Shown here one piece after another: positions 54,623 through 64,000 of a DNA stretch of 64,000 bases (its first letter is position 1; every line of letters begins with the position of its first letter). A model generated the notes under the pieces. It ran no database searches. It saw only the letters and a list, made by a program, of their open reading frames with translations, and was not told where the DNA came from. The translations under genes and the position numbers were made by a program. The DNA lies in contig OX597814.1 of NCBI GenBank assembly GCA_951406725.2, positions 100,998,001 to 101,062,000 on the forward strand, written 5' to 3'. The stretch is from Octopus vulgaris (taxonomy: Eukaryota).

Positions 54623-55511
54623 ATATATATATATATATATATGACAGGCTTCTGTCAGTATTTCTGCACCAAATACACTCAGAAGTGTTTTGTCGGCCCG
54701 AGGCTGTTGTAGACGACACTTACCCAAGGTGCCATGCTGTGGGACTGAGGATGAAACCATGTGGTTTGGAAGCAAACTTCTAACCACATGCCCGCACTTG
54801 CGCCTATATGTATATGTGTGTGTGTGTGAGTGTATGTCTGTCTATCTGTCTGTCTGTCGCTCTGTCTCTCCGTCTGTCTGTATATATGTATTTACGCCTT
54901 TGTATATGTCCTACACCGCTGCTTGACAACCAGCGTTGCTTTCAATACCTCACCGTATCATAGCCATTCGCCTAAAAGAGACTGATAGAATAATTATTGG
55001 ATAGAGCTCTTACACCTAAAACCTTTAAAGCGGTACCACAGCTTAGTTATAGTCTAACGACTGGAAGAATTAAAAGACGAAGGTTAAAAAGTAATACAAA
55101 TAAAATCAATGATAAATTGGTCCAACAAGATAGATGTACGTCACTTTGAACAGCGCTTTCTTCGTCCCTCACATACAGAAATAAATATGCAAAATGACCA
55201 AAAGTTTGCCGAAGGTATTCTCACATGTGCATTCTTACTAATGCATATACGCACGCACATACAAGGAAAACTGCAATTATACCTCAAGAGCTAACTCCCT
55301 TAGCAGGAGAATCACTTTGTTAATTCAATTAGGCATGTCTGACCACCTTCTTTACATTCTGCTCCTGCGCGAAAGGCAAAAGTCCAACGTGCAGCAACAC
55401 ACCATTCAGATCTGCCTCTTTCTTGATGAGGGGCATCCAGCTGAAAAATGTAAATGAATTCTCTTTACTTTTTCAACAACGCTACATTATTTGTTGTCTC
55501 CAATGCTTTCG

Positions 55512-55543
<32 letters not shown>

Positions 55544-55564
55544 CATACACACACACACACATAC

Positions 55565-55642
<78 letters not shown>

Positions 55643-55662
55643 GTGTGTGTGTGTGTGTGGAG

Positions 55663-56070
55663 TACCGACAATTCAGCACATGACATTGTGTTGGTGTTGG
55701 CTGAATATCTAAAACACATGCACATGCAACCTACAAACACACCAGTCATAGAATAGATTGACTATACATAAACAAAAATCATACATATACGTAAAATAAA
55801 CTGAAGCAAAAAAAAAAAACATAAACATATATACACACTCCCATAAGAAACGATAACTACACCTTTTGAATTTTCTGTGAAATTTAACGAGCTAACTACT
55901 GGTTCAAGAAAACAATTTAGCATTTTTACTTCTGTTTTAATCTTTTATCGTTACATGTTTTTTACCTCTTCCTTTTTTTTCATTCCTAGAATAACCTTTA
56001 CCTAAGTTCAATAAGATGCCCTGCACTGAATTGTCTATGCACCGAATTGTCTGGCGCTGAATTGTCACGT
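55663..56070. mobile_element. Unclassified MITE-like element with subterminal repeats
   Basis: GACAATTCAGCAC at 55667 and three inverted copies GCRCYGAATTGTC at 56023, 56039 and 56054. Confidence 0.45.
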
Positions 56071-56149
56071 CTATATGTATGCATGTATGTATGTATGTAT
56101 GTATGTATGTATGTATGTATGTATGTATGTATGTATGTATGTATGTATG

Positions 56150-56252
<103 letters not shown>

Positions 56253-56354
56253 TTTTATAGAAGGAGCTTCTACAGGACTAGAACTGTTTCATTCAGATGA
56301 AATCTTCAGGAAGCTTCCTGAAGTTCTAGTCCTGTAGAAGCTCCTTCTATAAAA
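56253..56354. repeat. Nested perfect palindrome
   Basis: 33-bp perfect arms 56253-56285 / 56322-56354 plus a central 20-bp palindrome CTTCAGGAAGCTTCCTGAAG (56304-56323). Confidence 0.92.
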
Positions 56355-56436
56355 TAAATTACTTTACTCTGCTATGTATTGAGTACCTTATTTACTGTGG
56401 TTAACCCCGACTCAACCCGGGACCTACCTACATATA

Positions 56437-56488
<52 letters not shown>

Positions 56489-56634
56489 TATATTCATATA
56501 TGTATATGTATATATTTGTAGGCGCAGGCGTGGCCGAATGCTCAGTAGCTTGCCTGCCAACCACTTCCGCTGGGGAAGTGTCTTCAACTATAGCCTGAGC
56601 CTGGACCATGTGGTTGGCAAGCAAGTTACTGCGT

Positions 56635-58373
56635 ATTCACTTTTTGTGAATTCTAGTGGGCGTATCTCGCCAGAAAAATAAGAATAAGCCATTTGGATTA
56701 CCTTTTTGGGGTATTATACAAAGGATTCCCTGTCTGTGCTATTTGTGAGGTGTTTCTTTTACTTTTATCTTCTATTTTTTCTTGCTTTCTAAATTTCGGT
56801 TCATTCTTTTCATTACTTTAATTTCAGTTTCCTCCCCTCCTCTTTTATTCTGTTTTATTTTTATTCGGTTTAATTTTTTGGCAGACTGTCTTTTGAACTA
56901 CTTTTGAACTATTTTTTGACATGGCAGAGAAGGAACTTAAAAAGAAAAACTCTGTCTTAGAGTGGGAAATTAACCCGCCTAAGCAATGGTTAAAAGATAT
57001 GGCGGAGAAGACGTTTGTACTTAGAACGTATTCTAAAGTTCTTAATTCCATCACCGTCTTCCCAAAACAAGTCATAAAAATGAACTTAAAGAACATTTGT
57101 CCTCTGTAAAATATATATCCCGTGGTGTCAAACATGCAACCGTATGGTTGCTGTTTGACAACGGGGAAAAGGCTCACCAGTTTGCGAGTCAGCCTTTATA
57201 AGGCAAGGAAATTCTGTTTCTCCCGTCATATTGTGGAAGAAAATTAATACGAGCCTGGGTATGTGGGCTCCCCCCGAGCACCGAAGCGGACTGAATTGAA
57301 GATACCATCCGACGAGGACTGGGGGATGGCGGGCCCAGGCTCTTAAATGTAAGAGTATTGCTGGCGGTCGATTGGGAAGGGTCAAAAGCGATTTTGACCC
57401 TGTGGACCCCATCGGCCGCAACAGAACTGGTTTTTCCAGACTTCTTGAAAATGGCTGGCTGCAGGTATCCGGTGATACTTGAGGGACGTCCCCCAAAGTG
57501 TCACTCGTGCCTGCAGCCAGGCCACATTAAAAGGAACTGCCCCCAGGACCATGGTAAGGTCCTGGAACAGTCACTAGATTCCACCTCTTCTACCCGGTCA
57601 AAGGGAGAGGTGGATGTGGTCGAGGAATCTTCAGCCTCCTCAACTCAAAAATGATTAAAAAGGAAGAAGGCGGGCAACAACAGTTGCCCGCCGAAGGAAC
57701 CTAAGGCTTCGGAAGGCGGGGGAGAGTCTCCGGACAAAACGGAAGAGCTCCACTCTCCCGAAGCCAGGAAGAAAAAGAAAAAGAAGGAAGAAGAACGGGT
57801 CATCTCAGCGGGGAGATGATGTGCCGACTGCATGTCCCGAAGTTGTGCCACCCACGGTGGAAGAAACCACCCCACCCTTAAAAATGATCAATTAATTATC
57901 TTTTTCCACAAGGGCGGGGAGGTGGAAAAATAGTAGAAGAACATAAAGAAACAGTAGATATGCCCTTCACACGGGATCCCGAATGGCCTCCGCAGATACC
58001 TGTGGAGGTCATAAGGTTTCCCTTGTGGGAAAGGCTTAAAGGATTTGGGGAGGAGTGTCGCATATGGCCGGGTAGCCCTTACACGACTTACATGTCCTAC
58101 ATGAGTGAGGCATGGGAAATGACGGTATACAGGAACTCAAGCGGCATTGAAGATAATGATGAATATATCGATGGATATATCGAAGAGTAGGAGGTGAAAG
58201 ACCCTCGTTATAGGGTTTGAAACCTCACCTTATTGGACTATTTTGTAGTGGTTTATAACCTCAATTGTGTGCTTTAAGAAAGAAAAAAAAAGAAAACATG
58301 TTAGGTAAGAGGTTTTAGTGCCTTCTCCTTGTAAAATGTTTTGAAACCTCATATTGATTTAAAAAAAAAAAAA
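56635..58373 (+). mobile_element. ORF1-only L1/Tx1-like retroelement (HAL1-like)
   Basis: T-rich 5' leader; broken ORF from 56921 through ILEGRPPKCHSCLQPGHIKRNCP (CX2CX4HX4C knuckle) and a K/E-rich tail; no APE/RT motifs seen; poly(A) at 58361-58373. Confidence 0.7.
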
Positions 58374-58514
58374 GAAAATGTTTTCGAGAAAAATCCAATC
58401 GGCGGGTGTTGGGTTTCGTCTCTCATTTATTCATTATATTTCATTTTCATTCATTAATGTATTTGTCCAGCCCGCAAAGCTCTTTGTACTGTCTATATGA
58501 CAAATTTATGAAAT

Positions 58515-58890
58515 AAAGTAGCTTGCTTACCAACCACATGGTTCCGGGTTCAGTCCCACTGCGTGGCATCTTGGGCAAGTGTCTTCTACTATAGCCTCGG
58601 GCTGACCAATGCCTTGTGAGTGGATTTGTTAGACGGAAACGGAAAGAAGCCTGTCGTATGTATGTATGTATATATGTATATGTATGTGTGTTTGTGTTTG
58701 TCCCTCTAGCATTGCTTGACAACCGATGCTGGTGTGTTCACGTCCCCGTAACTTAGCGGTTCGGCAAAACAGACCGATAGAATAAGTACCAGACTTGCAA
58801 AGAATAAGCCCCGGGGCCGATTTGTTCGACTAAAGGCGGTCCTCCAGCATGGCCAGAGTCAAATGACTGAAACAAATAAAAGTAAAAGTA
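58515..58890 (+). mobile_element. SINE family A
   Basis: AAGTAGCTTGCTTACCAACCACATGGTTCCGGGTTCAGTCCCACTGCGTGGCATCTTGGGCAAGT...CCAGCATGGCC..AAATGACTGAAAC. Confidence 0.85.
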
Positions 58891-59020
58891 AAAAAAAATA
58901 CATATATACACATATATGCATATAATAACAAAGGGTGAAATTAATTAATTAAGAAGTAATCAGTAATTTCACCAAGTAGAATTCGGCATGTAAAAGACCA
59001 ATTCAAGGTAAGTTTAAGTA

Positions 59021-59178
59021 ATACTAAATAATTAGGGTTCAGCAACGATTTGCCTCACCACACACCGAATTTAGAAATAGCAGTCAAAAAGTCTTGGCTA
59101 TTCCTTCTACTTTAAAGGGAGATCCCAGTAAAACCATTTGGTGAGGCAAATCGTTGCTGAACCCTAATTATTTAGTAT
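59021..59178. repeat. Perfect 40-bp inverted repeat, 78-bp spacer
   Basis: ATACTAAATAATTAGGGTTCAGCAACGATTTGCCTCACCA (59021-60) and its exact reverse complement (59139-78). Confidence 0.92.
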
Positions 59179-59276
59179 ATATGCATATATATACATAGAT
59201 ACATATGTATATATATATTTATGTATAAATGTACAAATGCATATATGCATATTTATAAATGCAGATACACACTCGC

Positions 59277-59325
<49 letters not shown>

Positions 59326-59717
59326 AAAACACATGTATACAACTATATGTGGATATAAATATATGTATATCTGCGGATTATGTGTATGAAATTGTGTCTG
59401 CTCGTGTATCGTATTTTCAGAGATACATCTGTGTTTAAGTGCATTGGACTGGCTTCAGTTGTTTTTAATTTAATCCTAAATAAAATGTTTATGCTAATAG
59501 ATAAATATATTACGACATATGTTTCATATGATATTTTGCTTTCATAAGTCTCTAAGTTGCAGATGTAGCGTGGGGATGGGAGGGACTTTTAAAAAAATGA
59601 GGATAACATATACATCATGATCTGACATTTATCGAAATATGACATCTATATGATCTTAATTTATTCATCGCTTTAACCTAATCGTCCTTCTTTAAATTTA
59701 TAAATAAAAACTGACGT

Positions 59718-59797
<80 letters not shown>

Positions 59798-61206
59798 GTT
59801 ACTCTGTGCGTTTGTGTGTTTGTATGTGTGTGTGTAGACTTATTTCACTTAGGGAACTATCATTCAATTGAGATAGCAAATCAGATTGCAATACTAATTA
59901 AGTATTTAAATCTGTTGTGTCCCAGTCAGATTAAGAGTGTTTTTTGAAAATTTGCTTCTTTAATTGCACTAAAGTCGTGTCCGGTTTCCTTCTAAAAATC
60001 TCTTAAGTAAATCTATATTAATCAGAAACTAGATTAAAGATATTTATATCATATCACTGTTGTAGTATTTCAGGAAAGCTTCTAAAGTGAGCCGAAATCC
60101 CTTTTGCCTGCAATGAGAATTTACTTACTAGATGCATATAACCGATGGCGAAAGGCAGGGAAAATTTTGGAATAGTATATAACTGAGAGAGAGAGCGAGG
60201 AAAAAAGGGAGGAGGGAGAATAAATACATAAATAGGGAAACGAAGGGAGCAGGATTTAATATGTTTACTTATGGTTGAGGGTATTAAAACATTAGTTGCT
60301 ATTAACAAAGACGAAAAACTCACACCTGGCTGGTTACTTTGGATTTAACTTGGCTGACATGTCTGGCGCCAAATAATGACATAAAAACGAAATGTAATCA
60401 AATCTCTAAAATTCAAAGAGTTAATTGCCCTCTACTTGATAATCGACTCAAATATATATTTGACAGAATTCGATGTTATCATCAGATTTGCGATATTTTC
60501 TTTTTTCTTCCTGACTTCCTTTCATCGTTCTTGTTTTACATTCTTTACATATATGTTTCTTCCTTTTTTTTTCTCTGGGTGAGTTTTATCTTTATATTAT
60601 AATTATAATATTTTGATATTATAATTATTTTAATTCGTATTTTTTATATATTCTTACTTTTGAGAATTTGAAACAACTTTCCTTACCTACTCTCTATTAC
60701 TGTATAGCTACATATACGTACTTGAACAAACATGAACACAACACACACACATGTATATATATATGTATACATACATACATACATACATACATACGTACAT
60801 ACATGCATAAATACATACATACATACATACATACATACATACATAAATACATACATACATATATACATACATACATACAGAGATAAGCAGTGTGAGAGTA
60901 AGAATAAAAACATACAGGAAAATATTGGAATGAAATATACGCTAATATATTTTTTTAAATCATCATTTTATATAAACATAGTATGTTCTGATCAGCCTCA
61001 AATGGATTTAATTTTAAGTCGTTTCGTGTTTGTCAGTCTCGTTTTTCTCACTCTTTCTCATTCCTTATCTGTGTGTATGCCTACACACATCCATGCATAC
61101 ATGCATGCGTACATATATGTGTGTTGCTGCTTGTATATGTTTGTGCATGAGTGCGTGTGTTCACGCGTGTGTGTGCGTGTGTGTGTGTTTGCGTGAGAGT
61201 GTGTGT

Positions 61207-61265
<59 letters not shown>

Positions 61266-61269
61266 ACGA

Positions 61270-61700
61270 ATGCAGTATATTGATATCGGTCCCCGGGCCA
61301 GCGATACCTTATGCTCTTCAGCTAACAAAACACTTCAGTTCAAGTACTGCAGTCCACGCATAACCACTCCACATCTTTATCGAACCTCGTCTGGAAGCTC
61401 AAACCGAATGGAGTGGAGCATACGACACAATGGTCCATTTTTTTAAAAAATGTTGTACCATATAACGGAACATCGCGGGTATACAACCTATGCCTAGAAG
61501 AAACCCTGGAAATCATCACATCTAGGGAAAACACGATATATAGGCACTCTGAGGTGATCATATCATGTAAACATATATACAAAACATCGTTTCTGGAATT
61601 TCAAAATAATATTTTGAAACGAAATAATACATTAGAGATCAGGGAAGGAACCCAAACAATAAAAAACATACAAACCAATATTTAGGATGCTTATACATTG
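61270..61700 (+). pseudogene. Penelope-like element GIY-YIG C-terminal remnant
   Basis: [24 protein letters not shown]...PYNGTSRVYNLCLEETLEII...RHSEVIISCKH resembles the PLE endonuclease tail (LSxxxWxLK...WSI...CNLCLxEK...RSE...CRH). Confidence 0.7.
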
Positions 61701-61892
61701 TACCACCAGAAACAATAAAAAGGTCACCGTAAGCCAGTGTCATTTATAGAGTCAGTCAATAAACTCCAACAGCTGTTGGCTGTAGTAGCAGTACCGGATG
61801 ATCTGTTGACTTCAGAATTTATTGAATATATGTTTCTTTACTACCCACAAGGGGCTACACACAGAGGGGACAAACAAGGACAGACAAACGAA

Positions 61893-62050
61893 TTAAGTCG
61901 ATTACATCGACCCCAGTGCGTAACTGGTACTTAATTTATCGACCCCGAAAGGATGAAAGGCAAAGTCGACCCTGGCGGAATTTGAACTCAGAACGTAGCG
62001 GCAGACGAAATACGGCTACGCATTTCGCCCAGCGTGCTAACGTTTCTGCC
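61893..62050 (-). mobile_element. SINE family B, well preserved
   Basis: Reverse complement GGCAGAAACGTTAGCACGCTGGGCGAAATGC..GAGTTCAAATTCCGCCAGGGTCGACTTTGCCTTTCATCCTTTCGGGGTCGATAAATTAAGTACCAG. Confidence 0.8.
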
Positions 62051-64000
62051 ATGCCTTAAACGAAATCAAACGAAAGAATGTGCTACCCATCCTTAACATC
62101 AGCTGAATGAATAGCAAAAAAAGTCCAACACCTCCACACATACCACCTTACCCATATGACTACCATTCTTTCCTCTCTTTCTATCACCTTCCTCTCCTTC
62201 CCACCAAATACACACGAAAATACTCTGATCACTCGCTTAACCTTCATACTGGTAAACAGGGGTATACATCCTTCTGTTGTACAACCATTTGCAGCTACAT
62301 ACTTTTTAGGGTCTTGTTTCTTTTATTTCAACAGGATCTCAGATTTAAGATTTCTGTAATTGTCATGCATGATTCTGAACTAGATTTAGATCTTTCTCTG
62401 AAAGTTGATCATGATTCATTAAGAAGTTCAACGTAAATATCACACTCACACAAACACTTATATACGTGTATAACCTTCCTTAAGTATTGAGTATTATTTC
62501 CTTGTGTATATATCTTATTTCATATATTGATAATCGTATATAGAGTTGGGATTAAGTGACAGTGTTTTATGTGTTTACATTTGAGATCAGTTCATAAGCT
62601 TTTTGCATGTATATATACACTATAAGTAAATATTATGATTTAGAGTATCTTTGATGCTGTATTAATATATTGTTCGTATAATAATTGGGGCCTAACTCCT
62701 CATATCTATAGTTTCGGTCTAATGGAATCCAAACATCAATGATCTCCATTTGACTAAGTCTTCAATAACAACTCCAATTTGACATGTTTTTGCGCCTTAT
62801 CACCTGAAAATAAGTTTCTCTCCTCATCACAAAATTTCCATTTTCATTTACACTAATACTCCAGAACCAACAATGAATAATATATATTTGAAAATCCAAT
62901 TTTACATCCATAGATAGTTTACCAGACATAAACGCCTCGTCTGTAATCCACTCCCGAAAAAGAATTGCTGCATTTACTGTTTGACGCCATTGACAATCGT
63001 TGAAACATCAAAGTCACCACAAGCTATCATTTTGTTGGAAATATATATATCATACCAACCATTATATTGAATGTATGCAGTTTCATTAAATACGTTTTAA
63101 TGATTAAATATATTGTTGCAAGCGCTACGTTTTTTCTGTCAGACCACCGTCACATTCTATCCTCAGATCAAGATGCTTTTTAAATATTTTATATGGAGGA
63201 ATATTTGGAGTGCACTAAATAAATTTAATCATTGAATTCACATTTACAACAGAAAGGAAAATAAGCATTGGGTTTTATTTTTGGTTAAAGTTTAGTGTTT
63301 ACCTCGTATTCTACGAAAAGGAAAAAAAAAACAGGCATTTATATTTCAATCTCCAATATAACAATGGACTGCGTGATGAAAGGGAAAAAAATAAAGACGA
63401 GGAGATTCCAAGAAGAGAAAAGTAATAATACAATCGACAGTTTTATTGAAACTTAAAGGGAATAGACTAGTAAATTCTACTGTGAGCCTGTTCTGATTTA
63501 TTGAATGGAGTTTTTCTTAGCAATTGAAAATAAACAATACAAAAACAAAAATGTCAAACACAAACTACTTATTTTCCCTGTGGTTAAACTACTTTATTAA
63601 AATCTTTCGTCGAAAAAAATAGCGAATCTGCTGCATGTAATGTAAGCATTCATTTCCCACTGGAATATTTTTTGTTGCACAAAAATAGTAAATATTTTTA
63701 CAAAGTTAGGAAAACATTCTTTAACGTAGTAAAAGGAATTCATTGAAGGTTATCATTTACCGCTTTGTTTATGCATGAAGTAATTTCGTTAAGAAATTGC
63801 ACTGGACTCTTAAATCAATATATTTAATAACGATTTTACAATTAGAAAAATAATTTCGGTAATAATACTAAAATACACACATATTCAAATATATGAGTGC
63901 TTTTAAGTGGTTACTCGACTTGCTAGAAGTAGCTGAAAATTCTCCTTCTAATCGGACAGAAAGACGCATCATATTTCTAGAAAATGAGCTCGACTAGGAA

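Noticed and set aside
62336-62432. Plus-strand exon candidate (DLRFKISVIVMHDSELDL...)
   Set aside because: Good acceptor and open frame, but isolated, with a weak donor and no recognisable motif; cannot be supported without RNA data.
62690-63060. Possible degenerate APE endonuclease (minus-strand IACGDFD, NENG)
   Set aside because: Only two short motif resemblances amid stops; too decayed to call.

Overview
AT-rich, repeat-dominated animal genomic DNA. The SINE families and the very dense (TA)n/(CA)n/(AAT)n/(TATG)n microsatellites point to an octopus or other coleoid cephalopod; this is inferred from recognised repeats, not from a search. Almost all listed ORFs are microsatellite artefacts. 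The supportable content is as follows. (i) DNA transposons: a full-length but disabled Tigger/pogo element (41710-44223), remnants of Chapaev-type and Tc1/mariner transposases, and several MITEs. (ii) Non-LTR retroelements: remnants of Dong/R4-like, Hero-like and Penelope-like (GIY-YIG) elements, plus an ORF1-only L1/Tx1-like element. (iii) At least four tRNA-derived SINE families. (iv) A few candidate minus-strand exons of an unidentified gene (about 45.8-55.4 kb). The most striking unannotated signal is RNA-structural. A type-I hammerhead ribozyme sits at the apex of a ~455-bp fold-back and recurs 340 nt downstream (7051-7703). In addition, a dispersed family of short, (TA)n-anchored elements carries minimal hammerhead motifs followed by a conserved CC(T)GAGCR...TAAYA box (six copies in 64 kb).
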